The notes below the pieces were generated by a model that saw only the letters and a program-made list of their open reading frames with translations, ran no database searches and was not told the origin of the DNA. Both the position numbers and the translations under genes were made by a program. Shown one piece after another: positions 53,137 to 62,827 of a DNA stretch of 64,000 nt (position 1 is the stretch's first letter; each line of letters starts with the position of its first letter). Source of the DNA: an uncultured Candidatus Binatia bacterium. GTDB lineage: Bacteria; Desulfobacterota; Binatia; Bin18. The stretch is taken from NCBI GenBank assembly GCA_965242605.1, contig CBDESS010000004.1:96139-160138 (forward strand), read 5' to 3'.

Positions 53137-53149
53137 AGAGGAGCACCCG

Positions 53150-53616
53150 ATGAGTGAGACCAAAACTTCCCAACTTCCGCAGTGGATTACCGACCACCTG
53201 CAACGCTATCGTGAAACCGATGGGGCCAATGGCCATATGTAGGACTCTACTCCGGTCGGCGGTCCGGGGCGGGGCTCCTCCCGACCCTCCTGTTGACAAC
53301 CCGCGGCCGCCGCTCAGGCACGCCCATCACCATGCCGCTGATCTACGGTGAGGCGAACGGCAACTATATCATTGTCGCCTCAAAGGGTGGCGCGCCACGG
53401 CATCCCGGCTGGTATCTGAACTTGGCCGCCAACCCCCGGGTTGAGGTGCAGGTCCGCGACAGACATTTTCAAGCCACCGCCCGCACCGCTGCCGGGCCAG
53501 AGCGAGCCAGCCTGTGGTACCAGATGCGCGAGCTCCATCCGCCCTACGATGACTATCAGGCGAAAACCGAGCGGGAGATTCCGGTGGTTGTCGTCAAGCC
53601 GCTCAGCGAGGGCTAG
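53150..53616 (+). pseudogene. F420H2-dependent nitroreductase family (DUF385/Ddn-like), frameshifted
   Basis: RBS GAGAGGAG then ATG 53150 gives MSETKTSQLPQWITDHLQRYRETDGANGHM then TAG; frame -1 continues ...LLPTLLLTTRGRRSGTPITMPLIYGEANGNYIIVASKGGAPRHPGWYLNLAANPRVEVQV... to 53616. Shift lies within about 53236-53270, a G-rich stretch. Confidence 0.65.
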
Positions 53617-53640
53617 GACAACGGCGGCCGACTCGGCGGC

Positions 53641-54189
53641 TCAGCCGGCCTGCGCTTCCCGGAGCACGTAGAGGCCGTTGAGCTGCCGGTAGCGTTCTCC
53701 ATAATCAGTGCCATAGCCAACCACAAAGCCCCGGGGAAGCACAAACCCGATATGATTGACGCCGATCTGGCGTTGGGTCCGGTCTTCTTTTTTGACCAGC
53801 ACACACACCGTCAGCGAGTGCGGCTGGGCCTGTCTCAGCCGGGGTATAACGGCGTCAAGCGTCAAGCCGGTGTCCAGAACAGTATCGACCAGGATGATAT
53901 CCTGGTCATGCAGGTCCTGGTCGGGGTCGTGCAGCAGCCGCACCCGGCCCGAGGAGCTGCTCGCTGGGCCATAGCTGGCGGCCTGAATGAAATCAACCCG
54001 GACCGGGATATCCATCGCCCGGACGAGATCGGCCACAAACATGAACGCGCCTTTGAGAATCCCGACCACGAGCGGCTCGCGTCCGGCAAAGGTCCGAGAA
54101 AGCTGCCGGGCCATGGTCTGCACCCGGCCGGCGATCTGGTCCGGGGTGTAGACCAGGGCAAGAGGAGCGGGCGGGCGGGTCTGCATCAT
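53641..54189 (-). CDS. hpt: hypoxanthine-guanine phosphoribosyltransferase
   Basis: PRTase motif DIILVDTVLDTGLTL; 182 aa. Confidence 0.85.
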   Translation of the reverse strand: MMQTRPPAPLALVYTPDQIAGRVQTMARQLSRTFAGREPLVVGILKGAFMFVADLVRAMDIPVRVDFIQAASYGPASSSSGRVRLLHDPDQDLHDQDIILVDTVLDTGLTLDAVIPRLRQAQPHSLTVCVLVKKEDRTQRQIGVNHIGFVLPRGFVVGYGTDYGERYRQLNGLYVLREAQAG

Positions 54190-54401
54190 AGCCTGTCTCT
54201 AGCACCATTTTGCGGCCGACCCAATACATCGCGGCGTCTCCACAAGTATGTCCACGGCATAGGACCGCGTCTCAAACCATCCGGCCTAGCGGCAGGCCAA
54301 GGAACGGCCTGGCAGTCCTGCGCACCCCCAAAACCCAGCCTCGCACCGGCCGGGCGTATGAACCCAAACAAGCTGCGAGCGGCGGACCGAGCCGTGGCCG
54401 C

Positions 54402-54590
54402 TCAGTTGCTCCGGGTCAGGGCCACCTGCTCCGGGTACATATACGAAATGGCATAGATCACCTGCCGGCCAGAGGACTTCCGCATCGTGATCTGTTTGGG
54501 CCTCGGGTGTGGCGTGACATGCAAAATAAAACCGTTACGCGCGGTGAGCAGTCGGAACGGTTGTGTCACCTGGGGCGGCTTGTCTTCCAT
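54402..54590 (-). CDS. hypothetical small protein
   Basis: MEDKPPQVTQPFRLLTARNGFILHVTPHPRPKQITMRKSSG...; co-directional with hpt downstream and the next small ORF upstream; tentative. Confidence 0.25.
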   Translation of the reverse strand: MEDKPPQVTQPFRLLTARNGFILHVTPHPRPKQITMRKSSGRQVIYAISYMYPEQVALTRSN

Positions 54591-54594
54591 GTTG

Positions 54595-54858
54595 CTAATG
54601 CCCCACCTCTTTCTCAAAGGGATCATCGGTTTCCTCAGCCTGATCGATCAGATAGCTCAACTCGCGAAAGGCTTCATGGACATGATGGGCAACAGCCAGC
54701 AGCGAGCCGTAGGCCTCTTCGTCTGGATCATACTGTTTGAGATGCTCATTGACCATGCGCAGGAGGTCGCGCATCTGCTCTTCTGCACTCCAAAGATGCT
54801 CGCACGAAGCCACGGCGTCCTCCTTCCAGTGTTCCTGCGCGGGCATTCTAGCGGACAA
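54595..54858 (-). CDS. hypothetical small acidic protein
   Basis: 87-aa ORF ...EHLWSAEEQMRDLLRMVNEHLKQYDPDEEAYGSLLAVAHHVHEAFRELSYLIDQAEE...; helical, acidic; no known domain. Confidence 0.3.
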   Translation of the reverse strand: MSARMPAQEHWKEDAVASCEHLWSAEEQMRDLLRMVNEHLKQYDPDEEAYGSLLAVAHHVHEAFRELSYLIDQAEETDDPFEKEVGH

Positions 54859-54956
54859 TTGCCACCCCGCCTAGATACAGGCCCGGCACGGCCCGGATTG
54901 CAGACAGCGGCGAAGCTCGCTATGCAGAGAGAAACACCTGCACATGGGAGGACACC

Positions 54957-55730
54957 GTGCGAACATGGCTGCTCAGCTGGATATGGCTCGGTCTGGGGCT
55001 CCTGGGGCTGCCCGGGGCCGAGGCTCAGGATCGGATGAGTCGGGGCATGGGCTACGAAGAGACCATGCGCTGGAGTGAGGCGGTCTCTGAGTACACCGAG
55101 CTGCTCAAGGAACAGCCCGAGCACGTCGAAGCGCGCTACCGTCTAGGCGTGGTGTATGAAAAGCTGGGGGCCATTGACACGGCCCTGAACTGGTACCGGG
55201 AGGTTGTGAACCGCACGCCCGAGCACGCCGGCGCGCGCACCGCCCTGGCCGGCTACTATGTGAAGCGGGGGGCCGAGCTGCGGCGCAACAAGAAGCCGGC
55301 CGAGGCTGCCCGGGCCTTTCAGCAAGCCCTGCACTACGAGCCGGACTCGGCCTCAGTCCATTTTGAGTTGGGTCAGGAGTTGATCAAAACCGGCCAACAG
55401 GACGAGGCTGTTGAGGCCTATAAAGAGGCCCTTCGGCTCGAGCCGAATATGAGCGCCGCCCATAACCAGCTGGCCAAGGTGTATGCCGAGAAGGGCCTGT
55501 ATCAAGAGGCCCGGCACGAGTATGAAGAGGTCGTCCGGCTCAACCCGGACGACCCGGAGGCTCATCATGGCCTCGGCGCGGTGTATAGCAGATTAGGCCA
55601 GCGCGACGAGGCGATCACCACCCTGGAGAAATCCTGGAAGGGCTATTTGAAGCTTGGCCGCCGCGATCTGGCCCGGCCCGCGTTTGAGCTCCAGAAAAAG
55701 CTGATGGCCGAACGACTCGCCGACCAATAA
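54957..55730 (+). CDS. tetratricopeptide-repeat protein with signal peptide
   Basis: Signal peptide then 5-6 TPR units (YRLGVVYEKLGAIDTALNWYREVV...). Confidence 0.75.
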   Translation: MRTWLLSWIWLGLGLLGLPGAEAQDRMSRGMGYEETMRWSEAVSEYTELLKEQPEHVEARYRLGVVYEKLGAIDTALNWYREVVNRTPEHAGARTALAGYYVKRGAELRRNKKPAEAARAFQQALHYEPDSASVHFELGQELIKTGQQDEAVEAYKEALRLEPNMSAAHNQLAKVYAEKGLYQEARHEYEEVVRLNPDDPEAHHGLGAVYSRLGQRDEAITTLEKSWKGYLKLGRRDLARPAFELQKKLMAERLADQ

Positions 55731-55764
55731 CATACCCGAAGACATCGGACGGTCGGGCGTCCAC

Positions 55765-56523
55765 TCAGGACACGCACAGAGCCGGCAGCAGGGTGCGGCA
55801 CAAGCGGGTGATTGTCTGGGCGACCGTGGCGCGGACACGCCCGAGGGCGAGCAGGACGGGCAGAGAACGGGGCTGGGTCAGGAGCCGGGAGGCCGCCTTG
55901 AGGGGGCGGATATCGCCCTCGGGTGTGGCCAGCCCTGTAACGGCGGGTAAGGACAGCCCGAGCGGGTCGAGAATCACCCGCAGGGGCAAAAAAGGCAGCG
56001 CCCGGGCCTCGGCAAACGCGGCGTGTACCCCGCTTTCCATCTCGACCGCAACCGCTCCGGTGCGCCGGCCGTGGCGGGCTTTTTCCTGGCTGCTGAGCAG
56101 CGCCCGCGGGCTGCTCAAGAGCGGTCCGTTGACCACCGCAATGTTGGCTCGCGCGGCTCCGGACCGCGCTTGACCGAGCAAACCGGGATGGGTGGGAAAG
56201 CGGTCGAGGTGAGAGGGTAAGCCGGCCGCATACATCCGCACCTCGGGTGCCAGCACGAGTTGGCCCGAAACCAACTCCGCCCGCAGGGCACCGGCACAAC
56301 CGACCGACACCACGGCCGACAGGGGCATGTCCTGCAATCGCTCAAGCGCGAGCCGTGTCCGGCGCGGGCCGACCCCTCCGGTCATGACCACCACCTCGTG
56401 TTGACCCGCCATTCCCCGCCACACCCGTTTGTCTTCGCGCCTGAGCTGACGCAGGGCAGCTCGCACAGCGGCACTCTCCCAGGACAGCGCTGTCAAAACG
56501 GCCAGGGGCAGCGCGGCGTGCAT
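55765..56523 (-). CDS. hpnG: hopanoid-associated phosphorylase (PNP/UDP phosphorylase family)
   Basis: PNP_UDP_1-like fold (...VSVGCAGAL...VEMESG...); located with hpnI and hpnA. Confidence 0.6.
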   Translation of the reverse strand: MHAALPLAVLTALSWESAAVRAALRQLRREDKRVWRGMAGQHEVVVMTGGVGPRRTRLALERLQDMPLSAVVSVGCAGALRAELVSGQLVLAPEVRMYAAGLPSHLDRFPTHPGLLGQARSGAARANIAVVNGPLLSSPRALLSSQEKARHGRRTGAVAVEMESGVHAAFAEARALPFLPLRVILDPLGLSLPAVTGLATPEGDIRPLKAASRLLTQPRSLPVLLALGRVRATVAQTITRLCRTLLPALCVS

Positions 56524-56585
56524 GGGCAGGCTCCAGAGAGTGCGGTCAATGCCAGACAGGTCTCAACTCTGAGGCAGCGCTGAGA

Positions 56586-57881
56586 CTAAGTATCGCGCCA
56601 GCCGAGCCGCCGGCCGGTCCAGTGGCGCAGGGCTGAATCGACCGTCATCGCCGCGTATACGCTCCCCGCCAGCGGCAGCGTCCACACCCAGCGCCGGGGC
56701 AGCGCAAAGAAACGAATGGCCGGCCAGTAGACAACTGTGCTGAGCACCAGGGCTGCGCCGCCTTGGAGGCTGAGCAGCAGGGCGCGTGTGCCCGCTCCGC
56801 CCCACAGCACCCCGCCCAGCCCGCCTACGCACCACACCGGGGGCAGCGCAAACAGCAGCCCCAGGCCAAGGAGGGCACCGAGCAGGCGCAGGGCCGAGTA
56901 GCCCAACTCGGTGAAGGCGGTCCGGCGCACCATCGTCCAGATTGTATGGAGTTCGCCGTACACTCGTACGCTGCTGACCTCGGCCCGGCTCAGGCTCAAA
57001 CGCACCGCTAGCCGGCAGCGCTTGACCCGCAGGGCCAGATGCAGGTCGTCAATAATCTCGCCCTTGATACTGGCAAAGCCACCGATTTTTTCCAGGCCGG
57101 CGGCTCTCAGCAGCACACACCCGCCGGCCGCGGCGGCGACCCCGCGGTGGGGAGTGTTCACCCACCGCATCGGGTACAACAGGCCAAAGAACAAGACAAA
57201 GGGGGGAATCAGTAGACGCTCAGCCCCGGATACACAGCGCAGACGGGCCATGCGACTGTTGAGGGCCAGCCCTCCCCGCTCGCTCTCCGCAACCAGCCGC
57301 CAGACAGAACGCCGAGCGTGATGAATATCGGCATCGGTCAATAGCACATAGTCGGGCCGCGGGGGCGAGTCGAGCGGCTGGGAGCGCGAAAGTTTGCTCC
57401 CAGGGCTGCCCAGGCCACAGGCCGCCGCGGCCTGCTCAAGCGCCCAGACTTTTCCGACCCAACCGGGCGGGAGTGGAGCGCCGGACACGACGACGAGCCG
57501 GTGCGGGGGGTTGAGCCGACGGCCTGTCTGACGGGCGACTTCGCCGCTCGCGTCGTCCGAGCGATCATCAACCACAAGAACCGTCAGTTGGCCGGGGTAG
57601 TCCTGGTACAGCAGGGCCGGCAGGGTGGAGGGTAAGAGTTCGGCTTCATTGCGGGCCGGCACCAGCACGCAGACGGACGGCCAGCGGTCTGGTGGCGCGT
57701 CCGCAAAATCGGCTGGCTCATCCTCGCCGACCGGCTGAAAATCCCACGGACGAGCGGGATGGAGGAGAATGCCAAGCCACGCAAGAACCGAGACAGCGCC
57801 TAAGAAGAGGAGCATATCCAAGGCCGGCCCTCTATGGGATAAACTGCCGAAACCAGGACACCGCTTTGCGCAGCGCCTCAC
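56586..57881 (-). CDS. hpnI: hopanoid-biosynthesis-associated glycosyltransferase (GT2)
   Basis: GT2 motifs ...CVLVPARNEAELL...VVDDRSDDAS...; start may be internal (ATG about 57815) because of 50-nt overlap with hpnA. Confidence 0.65.
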   Translation of the reverse strand: MRRCAKRCPGFGSLSHRGPALDMLLFLGAVSVLAWLGILLHPARPWDFQPVGEDEPADFADAPPDRWPSVCVLVPARNEAELLPSTLPALLYQDYPGQLTVLVVDDRSDDASGEVARQTGRRLNPPHRLVVVSGAPLPPGWVGKVWALEQAAAACGLGSPGSKLSRSQPLDSPPRPDYVLLTDADIHHARRSVWRLVAESERGGLALNSRMARLRCVSGAERLLIPPFVLFFGLLYPMRWVNTPHRGVAAAAGGCVLLRAAGLEKIGGFASIKGEIIDDLHLALRVKRCRLAVRLSLSRAEVSSVRVYGELHTIWTMVRRTAFTELGYSALRLLGALLGLGLLFALPPVWCVGGLGGVLWGGAGTRALLLSLQGGAALVLSTVVYWPAIRFFALPRRWVWTLPLAGSVYAAMTVDSALRHWTGRRLGWRDT

Positions 57882-58815
57882 GGACCGGGGTCTGGGGCAA
57901 GCCCAACTCCTGGACCGCCTTGCTGGCGTCGAAAAACATTTTCTTCTTGCTCAGTTTTACCCCGACCGGGGGAATGGAGGGCTGGCGGCCGGGGATCAGA
58001 CGCGCGAGTGCCGCATCCCCGTAGGCCGCCCCAAGGGCGAGCGCATACGGAACCTTGAACCGGGGAGCGGGCTGCCCGGTCAGCTCAGACAGCAGTCCGA
58101 ATATCTGCCGCAGGCTCAGGTTCTCGTGACCCAGAATATACTTTTCGCCTATCCGCCCTTTCTTGGCCGCTAGCAGATGGCCCTCGGCCACGTCTTCAAC
58201 ATCGACCAAGTTCAGCCCGGTATCAATATAGCCGGGCATCCGACCGTTCAAAAAATCGACGATCACCCGGCCGGTCGGCGTAGGTTTGAGGTCGCCGATA
58301 CCGACCGGGGTGCTGGGGTTGACAATCACTATCGGCACGCCTCGGCCGGCGTAGTGCAGGGCGACGCGTTCGGCCAGAAACTTACTGCGCTTATAGTGGC
58401 CGAGCATATCGGCCAAGGACACCGGCGTATCCTCTCGGCCCGGGCTACCGTCCCCGACACAGCCCAGCGTTGCGACAGAGCTGGTATAGACAACTCTCTC
58501 TACGCCGTATTCTTCAGCCGCCCGAAGAACGTGTTCGGTTCCGGTCACATTGCTGTCATACATCTCTTGTCGACGGCGTACCCACAGCTTGTAGAGTGCC
58601 GCCACATGGTAGACCTGGGAGCAGCCGGCCGTTGCCCGACGGACTGCATCAAGGGCACGCACATCGCCGGTGACAGTCTCCAGGGGCAGCTCGGCCAGCA
58701 GGCGACGGTCAGCCCCGGGCCGGACTAAGGCCCGCACCTCGTGTCCGGCCTTGACTAAGGCACGGGCGACACTGCCGCCCACAAAACCGCTCGCTCCGGT
58801 CACCAGCACGCGCAT
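57832..58815 (-). CDS. hpnA: hopanoid-associated NAD-dependent sugar epimerase
   Basis: MRVLVTGASGFVGGSVARAL Rossmann motif, YxxxK; 327 aa. Confidence 0.7.
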   Translation of the reverse strand: MRVLVTGASGFVGGSVARALVKAGHEVRALVRPGADRRLLAELPLETVTGDVRALDAVRRATAGCSQVYHVAALYKLWVRRRQEMYDSNVTGTEHVLRAAEEYGVERVVYTSSVATLGCVGDGSPGREDTPVSLADMLGHYKRSKFLAERVALHYAGRGVPIVIVNPSTPVGIGDLKPTPTGRVIVDFLNGRMPGYIDTGLNLVDVEDVAEGHLLAAKKGRIGEKYILGHENLSLRQIFGLLSELTGQPAPRFKVPYALALGAAYGDAALARLIPGRQPSIPPVGVKLSKKKMFFDASKAVQELGLPQTPVREALRKAVSWFRQFIP

Positions 58816-58960
58816 AGTCCACTCCCCTAGAGGGCTTCGGGCGGGGAGTCAAGAGGCCGGGGGCGGCTTGGTGAGGTACACGTTTTCCACACGCCGGACT
58901 AGGTTTAGCCTGTCTTTTCTGGTATTGACAAGCGATGCCGTAGTGGGAAGGAGGAAACTC

Positions 58961-59293
58961 ATGGCTGATGTGACAAATGTATCTAATGTATCTGACGAGA
59001 GTTTTGATGCGGAGGTGCTGCAATCTGAGCTGCCGGTGCTGCTCGATCTGTGGGCACCCTGGTGTGGGCCGTGCAAGGCCATTGCCCCGACCGTTGAAGC
59101 CCTGGCCGGCGAGTACGCCGGGAAGCTCAAGGTGGTCAAGCTGAATGTGGACGACAATCCCAAAACCCCCGCCAACTACAATGTCCGGGGTATTCCCAAC
59201 CTGATCCTGTTCAAGGCTGGGGAGGTCCAGGAGCAGATTGTGGGGGCCGTGCCGCGGAGCAGGCTTGAAGCAGCGATTCAAAACCTCGTCTAG
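58961..59293 (+). CDS. trxA: thioredoxin
   Basis: RBS GGAAGGAGG then ATG 58961; WAPWCGPCK active site; 110 aa. Confidence 0.9.
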   Translation: MADVTNVSNVSDESFDAEVLQSELPVLLDLWAPWCGPCKAIAPTVEALAGEYAGKLKVVKLNVDDNPKTPANYNVRGIPNLILFKAGEVQEQIVGAVPRSRLEAAIQNLV

Positions 59294-60394
59294 TCAGAAG
59301 AGCGCGCGCCTGGTGCTCACGTTGAGGGCCAGGCCGATCGCGACCATGACGGTTGACAGCGCTGACCCGCCGTAGCTGACCAGGGGCAGGGGGATGCCGA
59401 CCACCGGCAGGACCCCGATATTCATCCCGATATTAAACAGAGTCGGCCAGAATATGAGGGCCGCCGTCCCGACTGCGATCAGCGAGCCAAAACGGTCTCG
59501 GGCCCGCCCGGCGATGACCAGCAGCCGGACCAGCACCAGCCCATACAGAACCAACAGGCCGATTGCTCCGACAAAGCCCCACTCTTCGGCAAACACGGCA
59601 AACACAAAATCGGTATGGGTCTCGGGCAGAAAATCAAGCCGGTTCTGGGTGCTCTGCAAAAAGCCTTTGCCCCACACCATGCCCGAGCCGACCGAGATGG
59701 TGGACTGCGCTAGATGGTAGCCCGTCCCCAGCGGATCGCGGCCCGGGTCAAGAAACGAGACCACCCGCTCTTTCTGGTAGGGTTCCATGACGAAGGACCA
59801 TAGCAGCCACAGGAGCGTACCGAAGAGGGTGCCCAACAGGGTCAGTGAGACCCAGCGCAGCCCCGCGGCAAAGCTCAGGCTGACAAACAGGAGGACGAAC
59901 AGGAGGACCGTGCCAAGGTTGGGCTGGTGCAAGACCAGGGTAACCGGAATGAGTACCAGGAGGGCGGGGAAGCACATATCGCGCAGGCCGTAGCCGTCCC
60001 GCGGCGCGTAGCGGTGGAAAAATTGGGCGATAACCAGCAGCAGAGCGATTTTGGTGAACTCGGACGGCTGAATGGACACCGGACCAAAAACCAGCCAGCG
60101 CTGCGCCCCACCCCCAACCGAGCCGGCCAGCAACACGAGGGCCAGGAGCACCAAAGCGCCCGCATACAGCGGATAGGCCCAGGTCTCAAAACGGTGATAA
60201 TCAATGCCAAAGCCCACCGCCATGCCAACACAGCCCACCCCGATCCAGAGCAACTGGCGGACACAGGTGGGGCTGAGCTGGGCCCCGCCTGTGTAGGTCG
60301 CGCTGTACACGGCCAGCACGCCAATACCGAGCAGCAGAAGCGTCAACAGGAGCAGCGGCCATTCAAAATGGGTGAGAAGCCGCCGGTCAAACAC
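59294..60394 (-). CDS. rodA: rod shape-determining protein RodA (SEDS family)
   Basis: ...GVLPVVGIPLPLVSYGGSALSTVMVAIGLALN... C-terminus. Probable GTG start at 60394 overlapping the mrdA stop (60387-60389); the ORF track allows an upstream ATG at 60496. Confidence 0.85.
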   Translation of the reverse strand: MFDRRLLTHFEWPLLLLTLLLLGIGVLAVYSATYTGGAQLSPTCVRQLLWIGVGCVGMAVGFGIDYHRFETWAYPLYAGALVLLALVLLAGSVGGGAQRWLVFGPVSIQPSEFTKIALLLVIAQFFHRYAPRDGYGLRDMCFPALLVLIPVTLVLHQPNLGTVLLFVLLFVSLSFAAGLRWVSLTLLGTLFGTLLWLLWSFVMEPYQKERVVSFLDPGRDPLGTGYHLAQSTISVGSGMVWGKGFLQSTQNRLDFLPETHTDFVFAVFAEEWGFVGAIGLLVLYGLVLVRLLVIAGRARDRFGSLIAVGTAALIFWPTLFNIGMNIGVLPVVGIPLPLVSYGGSALSTVMVAIGLALNVSTRRALF

Positions 60395-62228
60395 CTGCCC
60401 CGTCCTTCCGCTGCCGGGCCAGGGAAAAATACGCGCTGAGGACTTTCTGGGCCACAGGGGCGGCGGCCTTGCCCCCTCCAACGCCGGCGTGTTCAAGGAG
60501 ACAGACGACCGCTATCTGGGGCGCGTCGGCAGGCGCGAAGGCCACAAACCAGGCGTGATCTCGAAAGTGGCGGGGAACCTGCTGACTGCTCCCGCCGCGA
60601 CCGCTGATGGCCTGGGCTGTGCCTGTCTTTCCGGCAACGCGGACGCTTGGCGTCTGGGCCCGTTTGCCGGTTCCATAGGCTTGATGGACGACATCAATCA
60701 TCCCGTCGGTAATCACCTGTAGGTGCTCGGCGGCGATGCCGGTCTGCCTGACGATGTGGGGCGTCTGGCTCTTGACCAGCCGTCCATCGGTGGCAATGAC
60801 CTGTCTCACAAGGTAGGGACGGTAGACGGTCCCGCCGTTGGCCACCGCGGCGGCCACCGCGGCTATTTGCAATGGCGTTGCCGTGACATAGCCCTGGCCG
60901 ATCACGACTGAAATGGTCTCCCCCAGATACCAGGGGCCCCCGATCTGACGCTGCTTCCAGGCCGGGTCTGGCATAATCCCGCCGGCTTCATAGGCAAGTC
61001 CGATCCCGAGCGGCTCATCCAGACCAAAACGCCGCGCATAGTCGGCGAGGGTCTGAATGCCGAGTTGGCGGCCGATCTGGTAGAAGTACACATCGCACGA
61101 CTCGGCCAGCGCCCGGTGGAGGTCCACGCTGCCGTGCCCGCGTTGCCGCCAACAGCGGAACCGACGCCCCGCTACCCGGAGGGATCCCGGGCAGTAGACC
61201 CGGGTGTCAGGGGTGACCACGCCCTCTGAGAGTGCTGCCGCGGCGCTGATCAGCTTGAAGGTGGAAGCCGGCGGATACTGGCCCTGAATGGCTCTGTTGG
61301 TCAGCGGATGGAGTTGGTCGTCGCGTAAGGCATGCCACTCTTCGTCCCGAATCCCACGCGCAAAAACGTTGGGATCAAATGTCGGGGCGCTGGCCAGGGC
61401 GAGCACCTCACCGGTGGACACGTCCAGGGCGACAACCGCGCCGGGCCTTCCACCCAGCGCGTCTTCAGCCTCTTGTTGCAGGTCAAGGTCAATGGTGAGA
61501 ACGAGGCTGTGACCGGTCTGCGCCGGCACCTCTTCAATCGTCGCCAAGTGTTTCCCGCCGGCGTTGACCTCAAGCTGCCTCCCGCCGCTCCGTCCCCGCA
61601 GGGCCGCGTCCCAGGTTTTTTCGACCCCGAACTTTCCGATGATATCGCCCTGCCGATAGTCGGCCGACTGCTCCAGCTCGCGCCGACTGACCTCACCGAC
61701 ATAGCCCAACAGGTGGGCGGCCAGATTCCCTCTGGCGTAGGCGCGCTTGGAACGAGCCTCAAGGCTGATCCCGGGCAGGGCGTAAGGATAGGACTCGACC
61801 GCCAGCATGACCGGCCAGTCAATGTCCCGCGCCACGACGACCCCCTCGTTGGCAGGTCGGCGCGAGTCGTTGAGCCAGGGGCGCTCGTCCGGCAGGATAT
61901 GGCCATCGGACAGATAGCCGGCCAGCGCGTCGAGGGTCCGGTCCACATCGGGCGTATATTCGGGCCTGAACACGACATCAAAGGAGGGTTGGTTATCGAC
62001 CAGTGTCCGTCCCAGGCGATCGTACAGCTTGCCCCGCACCGCGGGGATGCGCTGGAAGTGCAGGCGGTTGCGCTCAGACCGCTCTCGGAAGTTCGCGCCC
62101 TCTTCCAGTTGCAGAAACCACAGACGAGAGAGCAGCAGGACCAGCAGGCCGCACATGACAAGGCCCAGCAGGCTCAAGCGAGACGCCGTGATGCTGGGGG
62201 TCTCAAACAGGCAGGAAGGGCTGGCCAT
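60387..62228 (-). CDS. mrdA: penicillin-binding protein 2 (peptidoglycan D,D-transpeptidase)
   Basis: N-terminal TM, STFK, SxN and KTG motifs; 613 aa; between mreD and rodA. Confidence 0.9.
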   Translation of the reverse strand: MASPSCLFETPSITASRLSLLGLVMCGLLVLLLSRLWFLQLEEGANFRERSERNRLHFQRIPAVRGKLYDRLGRTLVDNQPSFDVVFRPEYTPDVDRTLDALAGYLSDGHILPDERPWLNDSRRPANEGVVVARDIDWPVMLAVESYPYALPGISLEARSKRAYARGNLAAHLLGYVGEVSRRELEQSADYRQGDIIGKFGVEKTWDAALRGRSGGRQLEVNAGGKHLATIEEVPAQTGHSLVLTIDLDLQQEAEDALGGRPGAVVALDVSTGEVLALASAPTFDPNVFARGIRDEEWHALRDDQLHPLTNRAIQGQYPPASTFKLISAAAALSEGVVTPDTRVYCPGSLRVAGRRFRCWRQRGHGSVDLHRALAESCDVYFYQIGRQLGIQTLADYARRFGLDEPLGIGLAYEAGGIMPDPAWKQRQIGGPWYLGETISVVIGQGYVTATPLQIAAVAAAVANGGTVYRPYLVRQVIATDGRLVKSQTPHIVRQTGIAAEHLQVITDGMIDVVHQAYGTGKRAQTPSVRVAGKTGTAQAISGRGGSSQQVPRHFRDHAWFVAFAPADAPQIAVVCLLEHAGVGGGKAAAPVAQKVLSAYFSLARQRKDGAGV

Positions 62229-62242
62229 TGTTCTTTACTCGC

Positions 62243-62827
62243 TCAAAGGTGAATCGTCTTGTCTTTCCCTCGATCTGTTGAAACGATGCGACCTTTTCTC
62301 GACCGGTTCAGACGATTCACCTTCAGTGGCTGGCGAGGGACCAGCAGGGTAAAAACAAGCGGGGTCAGCAGCATGGTCAAGGCCGCGTCCCACACGACCG
62401 AGCTGAGCTCCAGCCCGGACACTTCAGAGGCTAAGGGTCCCAAGCGGTTGAGGCTGAACAGGGTGAGGGTTTTCAAGCCGACGGCCAGCAGGACCAGGCC
62501 AAGGACAGACACGGGGTTGCTCAACCACAGCCGGCGGGACACGAGGACAACAGCGGCAAATATGACGCTCAGGGCGGCAGCGTGTCCGCCACCCTGCATA
62601 CCCGAACCGCTGTCAAACAGGTAGCCGAGGAAGAAGACGACGGCCACCCCGCCTGCCGAAGGATAGGAGATGCCGATGTGGACACACAGAATGAGAAGAA
62701 TATCGGGGACAAGCGGAAGGCGAGAGAGAATACTGGTCTGCAAGACCACAGCGCCGAAGCCGACCAGCGCCAGGACACTGAGGGAGCGAGCAGGAATCTC
62801 TTCACTGTCTGGCGTAGCGGGGGCCAC
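62243..62827 (-). CDS. mreD: rod shape-determining protein MreD
   Basis: Polytopic membrane protein ...SVLALVGFGAVVLQTSILSRLPLVPDILLILCVHIG...; start taken as GTG 62827 (the track ORF extends to 62869 and overlaps mreC). Confidence 0.6.
   Translation of the reverse strand: MAPATPDSEEIPARSLSVLALVGFGAVVLQTSILSRLPLVPDILLILCVHIGISYPSAGGVAVVFFLGYLFDSGSGMQGGGHAAALSVIFAAVVLVSRRLWLSNPVSVLGLVLLAVGLKTLTLFSLNRLGPLASEVSGLELSSVVWDAALTMLLTPLVFTLLVPRQPLKVNRLNRSRKGRIVSTDRGKDKTIHL

Noticed and set aside
58921-58960. sigma-70 promoter for trxA (TTGACA at 58925)
   Set aside because: No acceptable -10 hexamer at 16-18 bp spacing; not reported as a feature.
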